From contig OZ244065.1 of assembly GCA_965215505.1 (NCBI GenBank), forward strand, positions 5,376,001 through 5,440,000: a stretch of DNA of 64,000 nt, in the 5' to 3' direction. This document shows positions 44,154-54,615 of this stretch, in pieces. The notes beneath the pieces are model-generated. The model was not told where the DNA came from, searched no databases, and saw only the letters and a program-made list of their open reading frames with translations. Made by a program: the position numbers and the translations under genes. Position 1 is the first letter of the stretch, and each line of letters starts with the position of its first letter. The DNA comes from Capsulimonadaceae bacterium (GTDB lineage Bacteria; Armatimonadota; Armatimonadia; Armatimonadales; Capsulimonadaceae).

Positions 44154-45203
44154 ATGCCCATCAACTTTGACCTGCTGAAGCGGTTATGTGAGACGCCCGG
44201 CGTCCCCAGCCGCGAAGACCGGGTGCGCGACCTGGTGATCGAGGAGCTGCGGCCCCTGACCGACGAGATCAGCGTGGACACCATGGGCAGCGTCATCGCC
44301 GTCAAGAAGGGGGCGGGCGGGCCGCGCGTGATGCTGGCCGCCCACACCGACGAGATCGGGTTCCTGGTCAAGTTCGTGGAGGAAAAGGGCTTCCTGCGCG
44401 TGCAGCCGGTCGGCGGCTGGGACCCGCGCACGATGGTCGCCCAGCGCGTCCACGTCCACGGCTTCGGCGGCCAGACGCTGTTGGGGACCCTGATGCCCGC
44501 CGCCAAGCCCATCCACCTGCTGACGGCCGACGAGCTGAACAAGCCGCCCAAGATCGAGGAGTTCTTTGTGGACCTGGGCCTGCCAGGCGCGCAGGTCAAG
44601 GAACTCGTGGAGGTTGGCGACATGGTGACGATGGCCCGCACGACCGAGCGGGTGGGGGACATGGTAGTCAGTAAGTCTCTGGACGACCGCCTGAGCGTCT
44701 TTATCATGATCGAGGCGCTGCGGGCGGTCGGCCCGCACTCCGCCGAGATCATCGCGGTCGCCACGACCCAGGAAGAAGTCGGCCTGCGCGGGGCGACGAC
44801 GGCCGCCTACGCCTTGCAGCCCGACATCGGGATCGCCCTCGATGTCACCCTCGCCAATGATTTCCCCGGCGTGATGGACTACGACCAGGTGACCAGGCTG
44901 GGTAAGGGCTGCGCGCTCAAGATCATGGATTCGTCCATGCTCAGTCACCCCAAGCTAGTCCGCCACTTCCGCGACCTTGCCGAGAAGAACGACATCCCCT
45001 ACCAACTGGAGATCCTGGCGCGCGGCGGCACCGACGGCGGGGCGATGCAGCGGTCGCGGGCGGGTATCCCCACCTTCACCCTGTCCACGCCGACCCGCTA
45101 CATCCACACCGTCAATGAGATGGCCCACACCGCCGACATCGAGGGGGCGATCGCCCTGCTCGCTCGCTACCTGGAAGACGCGCACACGCGGGACTATCGC
45201 TGA
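44154..45203 (+). CDS. M42 family aminopeptidase
   Basis: AAHTDEIG, LDDR, QEEVGLRGA, GGTD and RYIH. Confidence 0.92.
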   Translation: MPINFDLLKRLCETPGVPSREDRVRDLVIEELRPLTDEISVDTMGSVIAVKKGAGGPRVMLAAHTDEIGFLVKFVEEKGFLRVQPVGGWDPRTMVAQRVHVHGFGGQTLLGTLMPAAKPIHLLTADELNKPPKIEEFFVDLGLPGAQVKELVEVGDMVTMARTTERVGDMVVSKSLDDRLSVFIMIEALRAVGPHSAEIIAVATTQEEVGLRGATTAAYALQPDIGIALDVTLANDFPGVMDYDQVTRLGKGCALKIMDSSMLSHPKLVRHFRDLAEKNDIPYQLEILARGGTDGGAMQRSRAGIPTFTLSTPTRYIHTVNEMAHTADIEGAIALLARYLEDAHTRDYR

Positions 45204-45206
45204 CCC

Positions 45207-46172
45207 ATGCCGCTCGCCCACACCAACCCGGTCTGGCCCGGCTACCTCGCCGACCCTTTCGTCCTGAGATACTCGGGCGAGTACTACGCTTACGGCACCG
45301 GCAGCGACGGCGGGGATCTCCTTCAGCCGGACGGCAACGTCTTCCCCGTCCTGCATTCCACTGATCTCGTGCGGTGGGAGCAGGTCGGGGGCGCGCTCCA
45401 TCCGCTGCCGGGTGCCGAGGCGTACTGGGCGCCCGAGGTCGCCGCGCGGGATGGGCGCTTCTACCTCTACTATTCGGCGGCGGGCGGAGACACGGACGAC
45501 ACCCACCGCCTGCGCGTCGCCGTGGCGGACCACCCCGCCGGCCCGTTCACCGACTCGGGTCGCCTGCTCCTGCCCGATGAGGGTTTCACGATAGATGCCC
45601 ACCCGTTCCAGGACCCCCAGGACGGACGCTGGTATATCTTCTTCGCCAAGGACTTCTTCGACGCCCGCGTCGGCACCGCCCTCGCCGCCGTGCCGCTGGC
45701 CGACGACATGCTCTCGGCATCGGGGCCGGTGACGACCATCCTGCGCCCCTCCGCCGACTGGCAGATCCACGCCCGCGACCGCGAGATTTACGGCCGGACG
45801 TGGGACGCCTGGCACACCGTCGAGGGCGCGTTCGTCGTCTTCTATGAGGGCCTCTACTATTTGTTCTACAGCGGAGGCGCGTGGCACACCTCCGAGTACG
45901 GCGTCGGCTACGCCGTCGCTGACTCCGTCCTGGGGCCGTACCGCGAGCCGGAAGCCGGGCCGGTCGTCCTGCGCGGCGTGCCGGATCATGTGCTGGGGCC
46001 GGGCCACAATTCGGTCGTCCTCGGCCCCGACGACCGGACGCCGTTCCTCGCCTATCATGCCTGGGACTTGGACCAAACGGCCCGCCGCCTGTGCCTGGAC
46101 CCGCTGGTCTGGACGGCGGACGGCCCGCGCTGCGCGGGGCCGACTTGGACTGAGCAGGTGATCAACCTTTGA
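45207..46172 (+). CDS. GH43 glycoside hydrolase
   Basis: ADPF, WAPE, IDAH, VEG and GPGHNS. Confidence 0.9.
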   Translation: MPLAHTNPVWPGYLADPFVLRYSGEYYAYGTGSDGGDLLQPDGNVFPVLHSTDLVRWEQVGGALHPLPGAEAYWAPEVAARDGRFYLYYSAAGGDTDDTHRLRVAVADHPAGPFTDSGRLLLPDEGFTIDAHPFQDPQDGRWYIFFAKDFFDARVGTALAAVPLADDMLSASGPVTTILRPSADWQIHARDREIYGRTWDAWHTVEGAFVVFYEGLYYLFYSGGAWHTSEYGVGYAVADSVLGPYREPEAGPVVLRGVPDHVLGPGHNSVVLGPDDRTPFLAYHAWDLDQTARRLCLDPLVWTADGPRCAGPTWTEQVINL

Positions 46173-47377
46173 GTGAAAAAGACAACGTCAGCCCTGCCGC
46201 CGTGCTGGATGCGCTCTGGGCGGTCCTGAAGGATAATTACCCCGCCTTCGAGTTCGTCGTCGGGGCCACTGGGGATGCCTGGCGTGACGAGTTCCACGCC
46301 CGCCTCGCCGATGTGTCTTGCCTGCCGGACGCTTACCCGATCTTGGAGGAACTGGTCAACCGCTTCCACGACTACCACACGCAGCTTCACTGGCCGGACA
46401 AGCCTTTGTGCTACACGCCGATGGGTATTCGGCTGGGCTGGGTCGAAGGGGCAGTCGCCGTCACCCACGCCCTGACCCCCGCCGCGCTCCTGACGCCGGG
46501 TGACGTGCTGCTGACGGTTGACGGGGAAGACGCTGACCACCTCTATCGGCAGCGTCTCGCCGTCGCGCGGGGCGCGACACGGTACGCCCGCCAGTCCTGG
46601 GCCTGCGACAGCCTCCTGGAAGGCGATGCTGGAACGACGGTCAATGTCCGCGTCCGGCGCGGCGGCGAGACGCTGGAACTGGAATGCGCCCGCGCCATGC
46701 CGTCGCCGCGCGAGTCGCTCGCCTTTCTCATGCCCTCTGGCCTGCCCATCGAGGCGCGGCATGAGGCCGCTGATGTCGGCTGCATCCGCGTCCCGAGCTG
46801 GTCGGTTTCGGACGAGGCCGACCTGCTGGCCCGCTTCGATGCGGCCCTGGAAGAGTTCCGCGACCTGCCCTTCCTACTCATTGACGTGCGGGACAACCGG
46901 GGCGGCTCGGATGCCCTGGCCGACCAGGCGACGGGCCGGTTTCTCCGCGCCCCCATCGTCAGCAGCATCAGCTTCCACCGTGAGGCGGGCACGAACCGCT
47001 ACGAGAAGACGGTCGAGGTCGCCCACGCGCGCGGCCCGTGGCGCTATCCAGGCCGGGTCGCCGTGCTGACCAATGAAGATTGTGCAAGCGCCTGTGAACA
47101 CTTCGTCAGCGGGATGCGTGCCTCGGGCGCGGCCCTTCTAGTCGGGCGGCCCACGACGGGCGCGTGCGGATGGAGCAAGCGGGTTCCGCTGCCGGGCGGG
47201 GCGGCCCTCCGCTGCTCTTTGACCATCCCATTTCATGGCGCAGAGCCGTCGCCGCTGCACGGCATCGAGCCGGACCTGCTGGTCCTGCCGACCCTCGCCG
47301 CCCTCCGCGCCGGGCGCGATGTGGTGATCGAGCAGGCCGTCGCCGCCCTGCGCTCAGGAAGATCGGAGACAGAATGA
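46169..47377 (+). CDS. S41 family peptidase with PDZ-like domain
   Basis: D.HT, IDVRDNRGG, SACE, G..TTG and GIEPD. Confidence 0.85.
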   Translation: MSEKDNVSPAAVLDALWAVLKDNYPAFEFVVGATGDAWRDEFHARLADVSCLPDAYPILEELVNRFHDYHTQLHWPDKPLCYTPMGIRLGWVEGAVAVTHALTPAALLTPGDVLLTVDGEDADHLYRQRLAVARGATRYARQSWACDSLLEGDAGTTVNVRVRRGGETLELECARAMPSPRESLAFLMPSGLPIEARHEAADVGCIRVPSWSVSDEADLLARFDAALEEFRDLPFLLIDVRDNRGGSDALADQATGRFLRAPIVSSISFHREAGTNRYEKTVEVAHARGPWRYPGRVAVLTNEDCASACEHFVSGMRASGAALLVGRPTTGACGWSKRVPLPGGAALRCSLTIPFHGAEPSPLHGIEPDLLVLPTLAALRAGRDVVIEQAVAALRSGRSETE

Positions 47378-49077
47378 TGAACGAGTTTTCGCGCCGCGAG
47401 ATGCTGCGCCTGATCGGAGCGATGATGGCCCTTTCACCCGAGTTGCGCCTGGAAGCCGCCCCCACTACTGAGCCTTTCCCCGTCACCATCGGCATAGACG
47501 CGGGCAGGCCGCAAGGGCAGCTTAAGCCGATCTGGCGGTTCTTCGGCGGCGACGAGCCGAACTACTCTTATGCCAAGAACGGCGAGACGCTGCTGGCGCA
47601 TCTTGGTCAGATGGACCCGCACCACGTCTACTTCCGGACCCACAACCTTCTGACGACCGGTGACGGTACGCCCGCCCTGAAGTGGGGGTCTACCAACGCC
47701 TATACCGAGGACGCGCAGGGCAACCCCGTCTACGACTGGACGATCACGGACCGCATCTTTGAGGCAGGCCTGGCGCGCGGTGTCAAGCCCTACGTCCAGC
47801 TCGGGTTCATGCCCGAAGCCATGTCCACCAAGCCCCTCCCATACCAGCACCACTGGACGCCGCACGCGCGCTATGAGGAAATCTACACCGGCTGGGCCTA
47901 TCCGCCAAAGGACTACGCCAAGTGGGGCGAGCTGGCCTACCAGTGGACCAAGCACTGCGTTGGGAAGTGGGGGCGGGCCGAAGTCGAGACGTGGTACTGG
48001 GAAGTCTGGAACGAGCCGAACATCGGCTACTGGCAGGGGACGGCCGAAGACTACTTCAAGCTCTACGACTACGCCGTGGCCGGCGTCCGCCGCGCCCTGC
48101 CGACTGCCCGCGTCGGTGGGCCGGAGGTGGCGGGCGGGCCGGGCGGGGACTTCCTGCGCCGGTTCCTGGAACACTGCGCGCGCGGCGTCAACGCGGTTAC
48201 CGGGCAGACCGGCTCGCCGCTGGACTTCCTCTCGTTCCACGCCAAAGGGGCACCCAAGTTCGTGGACGATCACGTCCGCATGGGCATTTCTAATCAGCTC
48301 AACGACATTGACGCGGCCTGCGCGGTCATCGCGCGCTTCCCCGAGTTCAAAGACAAGCCCATCGTTATCGGCGAGTCCGACCCAGACGGCTGCGCCGCCT
48401 GCCAGGGGCCTCAACTCGGCTACCGCAATGGCACCCTGTACGCCTCCTACACGGCGGCGACGTTTGCCCGGAAGCAGGAGATCGCCGACAAGCACGGCGT
48501 CAATCTGGAGGGCGCGGTGACCTGGGCCTTCGAATTCGAAGACCAGCCCCTCTTCGCCGGGTTCCGCCAGCTCGCGAGCGGCGGCCTGGACCTGCCGGTC
48601 CTGAGCGTCTTCCGCATGCTCAACAAGATGCACGGGCGGCGATTGCAGGTCTCAAGCACGTCCGATGCGGGCACCGACGCCATTCGAAAGAGCGGCGTCC
48701 GCGCCGCGCCGGACGTGTCCGCCCTGGCCGCGCTGGACGCCAAGACAGTAACCGCGCTGGTCTGGCACTACCACGACGACGACATCCCCGGCCCGGACGC
48801 CGCCGTCGCCTTGACCCTCAGCGGTCTGCCCCACACCGGGCCGGCGACGCTGACGCAGTTCCGCATTGACGACGCCCACTCCAACGCTTTCACGGCCTGG
48901 AAGGCGATGGGATCGCCTGCGACGCCGACGCCGGATCAATACAAGGCGCTGGAAAAGGCCGGCCTGCTCGCGCGTTTCGCGGCACCGGAGAAGGTGCATG
49001 TGGCGGGCGGGGTGCTGGCAACGCAGTTGACACTGTCTCGGCAGTCGGTCGCGCTCCTCGTCCTGGAATGGGCGTAA
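47374..49077 (+). CDS. GH39 beta-xylosidase with Tat-like leader
   Basis: SRREML; FRTHNL, WEVWNEP, LSFHAKG and IGESDP. Confidence 0.88.
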   Translation: MMNEFSRREMLRLIGAMMALSPELRLEAAPTTEPFPVTIGIDAGRPQGQLKPIWRFFGGDEPNYSYAKNGETLLAHLGQMDPHHVYFRTHNLLTTGDGTPALKWGSTNAYTEDAQGNPVYDWTITDRIFEAGLARGVKPYVQLGFMPEAMSTKPLPYQHHWTPHARYEEIYTGWAYPPKDYAKWGELAYQWTKHCVGKWGRAEVETWYWEVWNEPNIGYWQGTAEDYFKLYDYAVAGVRRALPTARVGGPEVAGGPGGDFLRRFLEHCARGVNAVTGQTGSPLDFLSFHAKGAPKFVDDHVRMGISNQLNDIDAACAVIARFPEFKDKPIVIGESDPDGCAACQGPQLGYRNGTLYASYTAATFARKQEIADKHGVNLEGAVTWAFEFEDQPLFAGFRQLASGGLDLPVLSVFRMLNKMHGRRLQVSSTSDAGTDAIRKSGVRAAPDVSALAALDAKTVTALVWHYHDDDIPGPDAAVALTLSGLPHTGPATLTQFRIDDAHSNAFTAWKAMGSPATPTPDQYKALEKAGLLARFAAPEKVHVAGGVLATQLTLSRQSVALLVLEWA

Positions 49078-49240
49078 AGTCATGCGTCCCGTCTGTGCGG
49101 GCGCGTCCCGCCTGGCCCTTCACGCGCGTCTCTCCCAACCACTTCGGGCAGCCCGTCGCGCCGCCCTGCGTCTTCGTGCAGGACGCCCCGCTGGGCGTTG
49201 AGGTCGTGGCACCGTTTTCAATAAGCAAGGGGGCAGAGTA

Positions 49241-49897
49241 TTGGACGAAAATGGGAGTGGGGCGGCGGACGAAGTCTCCACGGGATGGACCGCGACTGAC
49301 GGCCTCGTGACCGGCATGCTGTCGTCGGATGCCTCCACGCGCGAGGGGGAGTGGGCGGAAGCCCTTACCGGGGAGAAACTGGAGAGGAAGTTCCAGGCCG
49401 CCTGGCAGTTGTTTCAGAGCGTCGAGGCGCAGGTGCAGGTGGCAGACCGTAAGGTGCAGGCGATCTTCGCGGCGAACACGCTGCTGGTCGCTGCCGTTTC
49501 CTTCCAGAATCAGGGCATCATGCCGGCCCATGCCCACAACCTCAGCCTGTCGGCGGCGGTGGGTCTGGCCGCGCGCCTCCTCCTGCTGGCCTGCATCTGC
49601 GCCTCCTACCTTTCCGCCATTGTGGCCCTCTTCCCCCGCCTGCGCCCCGTAAAGACACGAACGCACTCGCTGCTCTTCTTCGGGGACATCGCCGCCCTGC
49701 CGGGGGCGGAGTTTGCGGAAACCTTCCTGGCGATGACGACGGCGGACAAGGTCCGGCAGGTCCTGCGTCAGACCCACGACGTCTCCCGCGTGGTCGCGGA
49801 GAAGTACAAGTGGACGCGCCGCTCCGGGACCGCCCTCGTCTTGTCTCTCCTGCTGTGGATCGTCGTCCAGGCCGTCACCATCCTCGCCGGGGCTTGA
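49241..49897 (+). CDS. Pycsar-effector-family (DUF5706-like) membrane protein
   Basis: ADRK, three TM segments, FPRL, SLLFFGDIA and SRVVAEKY pattern; start uncertain. Confidence 0.72.
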   Translation: MDENGSGAADEVSTGWTATDGLVTGMLSSDASTREGEWAEALTGEKLERKFQAAWQLFQSVEAQVQVADRKVQAIFAANTLLVAAVSFQNQGIMPAHAHNLSLSAAVGLAARLLLLACICASYLSAIVALFPRLRPVKTRTHSLLFFGDIAALPGAEFAETFLAMTTADKVRQVLRQTHDVSRVVAEKYKWTRRSGTALVLSLLLWIVVQAVTILAGA

Positions 49898-49939
49898 CGG
49901 GCGGGTGCCCGACGTGAGTGGAGGGACGGCGGCTTTGCC

Positions 49940-50770
49940 CTATTCTTTCCCGCCGCTGAACTTGGCCCCCTCGACGATGTAGCGCTGCATGACCAGGAAG
50001 ACCAGGACGAGCGGCAGGACGCCGACGGCGGCGGCGGCGAAGAGCTGGGCGAGGTTCAAAGTCTGCGAGCTGAGGAAGGTGGACAGCACGATCTGGACGG
50101 TCCACGCCGACGGGTCCTGGCCGATGACCAGGGGCCACAGGAACGAGTTCCAGCTCCCGATGAAGGTCAGGACGCCCAGGGCCACCAAGATAGAGGTGGA
50201 GTTCGGCAGCAGCAGACGCCAGTAGACGCCGAAGTAGCCCAGGCCGTCCAAGCGGCCCGCCTCCTCGATCTCGGTGGGGAAGCGCAAATAGAACTGTCGG
50301 AACAGGAAGATGGAGAAGGCGGAGAACAGGCCCGGCGCGATGATGCCCCAGCGCGTGTTCACGCCGCCCAGGTAGGCGGTGACGGCGAAGGTCGGCACGA
50401 ACGTCACGGCGCTCGGGATCATCAGCGTCGCCAGGATGGCGGAGAAGACGACGCCGCGCCCGCGTGCGGGGATGCGCGCCAAGGCGTACCCGGCCATGGA
50501 GGAGAAGAGCATCTGCAAGACAAGCGTGACGACCGCGATGACGGCCGAGTTCACCAGCCCGGTCAGCATCGGGGCCGTCGGGTCCACAAATAGTTTGGCG
50601 AAGTTGCCCCACTGCGGCGCGGCGGGCAGCCAGGCCCAGTGCGGCGAGGTGATCTGGTCGTCGGTCATCAGCGCGTTGCGGACGATCAGATAGAACGGGA
50701 CCAGGAACACCACGGCCAACAAGAACAAGAGGACATAGCGTGGGGCTTCGGCCAGGGAACGGGGCTTCAT
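49940..50770 (-). CDS. Carbohydrate ABC transporter permease
   Basis: EIEEAGRLDG (EAA motif), WNSFLWPL. Confidence 0.92.
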   Translation of the reverse strand: MKPRSLAEAPRYVLLFLLAVVFLVPFYLIVRNALMTDDQITSPHWAWLPAAPQWGNFAKLFVDPTAPMLTGLVNSAVIAVVTLVLQMLFSSMAGYALARIPARGRGVVFSAILATLMIPSAVTFVPTFAVTAYLGGVNTRWGIIAPGLFSAFSIFLFRQFYLRFPTEIEEAGRLDGLGYFGVYWRLLLPNSTSILVALGVLTFIGSWNSFLWPLVIGQDPSAWTVQIVLSTFLSSQTLNLAQLFAAAAVGVLPLVLVFLVMQRYIVEGAKFSGGKE

Positions 50771-50780
50771 AGGGTGCCTC

Positions 50781-51767
50781 TCACTTGTTCGACTCGCCGA
50801 ACCCGAACACGCGCCCCTGCACTAATGTGATGGCGACGATCAGCGCGGTCAGGATGAAGCCGCCCGCCGCGCCGCGCCCGAAATCCTGGCTGCTCAGGGC
50901 CAGCGTGTACAGGTAGACGAGCGGCGGGCGGGCCAATGAGGCGTTGCCGACGGACGACCCCGAGCCGCCCAGGATGTTGTAGAACTCGTCGAACGCCTGG
51001 AAGGCCGCGATGAGGTTCAGCAGCAGGACCGAAACCGATGTGGCGCGCAGTTGGGGCAGGGTGATGTGGCGCAGGACCGGCCAGCCCGAACTCGCGCCGT
51101 CCACGGCGGCGGCCTCGTAGAGCGACTTCGGGATCTCCTGCAAGCCCGCCAGGAAGATGATCATGAAGAACCCCACCTGGAGCCACAGTCGCACCGTCAC
51201 CAGCACGAGCCAGTACCACGGCGGGTGGGCCGTCCCGATCCAGGCGATGGCAGGGACTCCGAACAGGCCGAGCAGGTGGTTGGCGAAGCCGAACGGCAGG
51301 CCGTTGAAGAGGCTGATGCGCCAGATGAGCGACGCGACGACGTAGGAGACGGCGGAGGGGATGAAGAAAACGGTCCGGAAGAACGACTTGCCCCAGCCGA
51401 CGCGATGGACCAGCAGGGCCAACCCTAGGGAGATGGCGAACGTCAGCGGCACGATGAACAGGGCGAACAGGACGGCCGTCACCAGTGACTTGAGGAATGC
51501 CTCATCGGTCAAGAGGTCGGTGTAGTTCCGCAGGCCGATGAAGTGCTGCGGGTGGATCGTGTTCTGGGCGCGCGACAGGCTCAGGAGGAAGCCCCAAACG
51601 ATCGGCACGACCGTGAACATGAGCAGGCCGATCAGGGCGGGGGCCATGAATCCCCAGAAGGCCAGCGTCGCCGACCGGTCGCCCGTCGGCCTGCGCCTCG
51701 GCGCGGGCGGTCGCCGGAGGGCCGTCACCGCCGCCGATGGCTGTCTTGGGTCTTCGTTGAGGGTCAT
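50781..51767 (-). CDS. Carbohydrate ABC transporter permease
   Basis: LYEAAAVDGA, HITLP. Confidence 0.92.
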   Translation of the reverse strand: MTLNEDPRQPSAAVTALRRPPAPRRRPTGDRSATLAFWGFMAPALIGLLMFTVVPIVWGFLLSLSRAQNTIHPQHFIGLRNYTDLLTDEAFLKSLVTAVLFALFIVPLTFAISLGLALLVHRVGWGKSFFRTVFFIPSAVSYVVASLIWRISLFNGLPFGFANHLLGLFGVPAIAWIGTAHPPWYWLVLVTVRLWLQVGFFMIIFLAGLQEIPKSLYEAAAVDGASSGWPVLRHITLPQLRATSVSVLLLNLIAAFQAFDEFYNILGGSGSSVGNASLARPPLVYLYTLALSSQDFGRGAAGGFILTALIVAITLVQGRVFGFGESNK

Positions 51768-51822
51768 GTTGAGTCATCCGCAGGCTCGCTGCGTCAGAAA
51801 GAAGGGGCAGACACGTCTAAGA

Positions 51823-51894
51823 AGGGCGAACACAAGGTTCGCCCCTACGGGGATGAAGATGCCATATCGTAGGGCCAAACCTTGTGTTCGCCCT
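51823..51894. repeat. Inverted pair of GTAG-type REPs between the SBP and permease genes
   Basis: AGGGCGAACACAAGGTTCGCCCCTAC (51823-51848) and GTAGGGCCAAACCTTGTGTTCGCCCT (51869-51894), followed by CGCCCTTTTGCC x2. Confidence 0.85.
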
Positions 51895-51944
51895 TTTGCC
51901 CGCCCTTTTGCCCGTACATTCGCCCGCATCCACTAATCGCTCCC

Positions 51945-53213
51945 TCATTCCAAAGCCCGCCGCAGTTCCCGCTCGCACTTCTCGGCGGCGGCCTGGACCT
52001 CGGCGGCGGCGGGGCGGCCTTGCTTCAGGATGTTCGTCATGGCGTCGGTCAGGGCCGTGCCCATGGCGGCGTTCCAGGTGGTCGGCAGGATCTGGCCGTA
52101 GGCGGCGAGGTCGGCGACCGCCAGGGCCGGGACCGGGGCGTGGAGCGCGGTCGCCGTCCGGGCGACGCTCTCCCGCGGCGGGACGTGGAAGCCGTAGGAC
52201 AGGCACCAGTCCTGCTGGAGACGCTTGTTCTCGACCCAAAGCCACCGGACGTAGTTCTTGGCCTCCGCCACCTGCGGCCCCTGCGCGTTGACCATCGCCG
52301 ACCAGCCGCCCAGGAAGGTCGCGGGCCGACCGGCAGCATCGAGCGCGGGCCAGGCCATGCCGCCCACGTCGTCGCCCAATGCCTTCTTGATGGCCGGGTA
52401 CGACCACAGGCCCCCCCACTGCATGGCGGCCAATCCCTGCGTCAAGGCGGACGGGTCCCACCAGTCCGTCGGTGCCCCGATCAGCAACGACCCAGACTCG
52501 TTCAGCTCGCGCACCTTCTCGTAGGCGAGGGCCGTGCGCGGGGTGTTGAAGACGATCATATTATCTACAAGGAAGTCGCAGCCCGCCGACCAGGGGGCGA
52601 TGCTGATGAGCGCATACACGCCGCCGTCGTTGCCGACGAACAGGCCCTTGCGGCTGCCTGTGGAGAGCTTCTTTGATGCCCGGATCAGCTCGTCCATCGT
52701 CTGCGGTGGCCCCAGCCCGGCGGCCCGCAGGAGGCTGGGGCGGTAGTAGAGGATGCCCGCGTCGTCGAGCATCTTGACGCCGTAGACTTTGCCGCCGACG
52801 CTGTTCATCGCCAGGTCACGCGCGGGGAAGTCGCGGCGCACGCCCGGCGGGAACAGGTCGTCCAGCGCGGCCACCTGGCCCGCCTCCACCATCGCCACCG
52901 TCAGCGAGCTGCTCTCAAAGATGTCTGGCCCGCCCCGAGTCAGCAGCGCGGTCGAGAGCTTCGTGCCGTAGTCGCCCGGCACCCAGACGACCTGGATGCC
53001 GATGTCCGGGTGCAGCCTCATGTACTCGTCGGCATACCGCTGGACCGCCTGCTGCGTCCCCTCCTCGCCGTACTGGTGGTACCACTGGGTCAGCGTGACG
53101 CGCTTGCCGGGCATCGCCGGCCGGCCGCACCCGGCCAGCAGCGCGGCGGCACCGGCACCCGCTGCCGTCAGGAACTCGCGGCGGCTGCCTTGCCATAGCG
53201 GAAACGCGTTCAT
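51945..53213 (-). CDS. Sugar ABC substrate-binding lipoprotein (Tat)
   Basis: SRREFL twin-arginine, LAGC lipobox, GPDIF. Confidence 0.9.
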   Translation of the reverse strand: MNAFPLWQGSRREFLTAAGAGAAALLAGCGRPAMPGKRVTLTQWYHQYGEEGTQQAVQRYADEYMRLHPDIGIQVVWVPGDYGTKLSTALLTRGGPDIFESSSLTVAMVEAGQVAALDDLFPPGVRRDFPARDLAMNSVGGKVYGVKMLDDAGILYYRPSLLRAAGLGPPQTMDELIRASKKLSTGSRKGLFVGNDGGVYALISIAPWSAGCDFLVDNMIVFNTPRTALAYEKVRELNESGSLLIGAPTDWWDPSALTQGLAAMQWGGLWSYPAIKKALGDDVGGMAWPALDAAGRPATFLGGWSAMVNAQGPQVAEAKNYVRWLWVENKRLQQDWCLSYGFHVPPRESVARTATALHAPVPALAVADLAAYGQILPTTWNAAMGTALTDAMTNILKQGRPAAAEVQAAAEKCERELRRALE

Positions 53214-53298
53214 GCTCCTTTAGTTCGAGAGGCGCACTGATATTTCCTCCCACCCAGGGAGGAAACTATTCTAAGGACGTTGAATGTAAGACAAGCGT

Positions 53299-54615
53299 AT
53301 GCCACCCATGAAACATTCCCCTATCATTACCACTTTATCGTTACTGGCCGCCCTCTGGCTAGCGTTTGTCTGCGCTGGCTGCTCCCATCCACCCACCGAG
53401 CGCGGCGTGGACAAGGACGCGCAGGGCCGCATCGTCCTGAACTACTGGAACGGGTTCACCGGGCCGGACGGCAAGACGATGACGGCGATGGTCGAAAAGT
53501 TCCAGCAGGAGAACCCGGACATCCAGGTCAAGATGCAGCTCATCCCGTGGGGGACGTACTACAACAAGCTGACCCTGGCCCTGGCCTACGGCGGGGCACC
53601 CGACGTGTTCATCTGTCAGGCGCATCGGATGCCCGAGTTCGCCTCGTTCGACACGCTGCTCCCACTCAAGAGCCTGTACGACTCGTCCCAGCCGCCACTG
53701 ACCGCGTCGCAGTTCGCCAAGGCGCCCTGGCAGTCCTCGTTCTACAAGGGGGTCCAATACGGGCTGCCGCTGGACGTCTGGCCGATGGGGATGTACTACA
53801 ACGTCAAGCTGTTCAAAGCGGCGGGCATCGTGGATGCCCAGGGGAACGCCCTGCCGCCGCGCACCTGGGAGGAGTTCCTGAAGGACGCCAAGAAGCTGAC
53901 CAAGGACACGACGGGCCGGGGCCGGCCCGACCAATGGGGCTTCGTCGTCACCAACCAGGAGACGATCTTCCTGGCGATGACCGACCAGTTCGGCGGCGAC
54001 ATCCTCACGCCCGACGGTCGCCGCGGCAACCTGTCCTCGCCCGCCTGCATCGCCGCCATAAGCCGGATGCACGACCTGATCTACAAATACCATGTCGCCC
54101 CGCGCCCCGAGGGCATCGACTCCTGGCTCGCGCTCCAGCAGGGGAAGGTGGCGATGGGGCTGGAAGGGATCTACATGCTGTCCTCGCTCCAGGAGCAGAA
54201 GACTCAGGACTTTGCGGGTGCGCCGATCCCGCAGTTCGGGCCCGACACGGCCACCTGGGGCGGCTCGCACCTGCTCTGCCAGCCGCGCGGGCTGTCCGAG
54301 GAGCGGTCCAAGGCGGCCTGGCGGCTGATGCGCTATTTGTCCGACCACAGCCTGACCTGGGCGGCGGGCGGGCAGGTGCCCGCCCGCGAGGACATAGAGA
54401 AGTCGGCGCAGTTCCAGGCGCTGCCGGTGCAGGCGCAGTTCGCGCGGCAGCTCCCTTATGTGCATTACGCGCCCCTCGTGCCCTCCGACAACTCGCTGTT
54501 CCAGTTCGTGGACCCGGCCGTGGAGGCCGTGCTGCTGAACCTGCAAACCCCGGAAGCCGCCATGCGTGACGCCGACCGGCGCATCAATCAAACGCTGGAA
54601 AGGGAGCGTCAATGA
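53299..54615 (+). CDS. Sugar ABC substrate-binding lipoprotein
   Basis: CAGC lipobox, WNGFTGPDG, APDV and YGLP. Confidence 0.9.
   Translation: MPPMKHSPIITTLSLLAALWLAFVCAGCSHPPTERGVDKDAQGRIVLNYWNGFTGPDGKTMTAMVEKFQQENPDIQVKMQLIPWGTYYNKLTLALAYGGAPDVFICQAHRMPEFASFDTLLPLKSLYDSSQPPLTASQFAKAPWQSSFYKGVQYGLPLDVWPMGMYYNVKLFKAAGIVDAQGNALPPRTWEEFLKDAKKLTKDTTGRGRPDQWGFVVTNQETIFLAMTDQFGGDILTPDGRRGNLSSPACIAAISRMHDLIYKYHVAPRPEGIDSWLALQQGKVAMGLEGIYMLSSLQEQKTQDFAGAPIPQFGPDTATWGGSHLLCQPRGLSEERSKAAWRLMRYLSDHSLTWAAGGQVPAREDIEKSAQFQALPVQAQFARQLPYVHYAPLVPSDNSLFQFVDPAVEAVLLNLQTPEAAMRDADRRINQTLERERQ

Noticed and set aside
38614-49897. Complete canonical Pycsar or Thoeris system
   Set aside because: Cyclase and effector are about 9 kb apart with housekeeping genes between; the cyclase architecture is not PycC-like and no ThsA is visible
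51823-51912. Mini CRISPR array
   Set aside because: The two units are inverted, not direct, and match dispersed REPs
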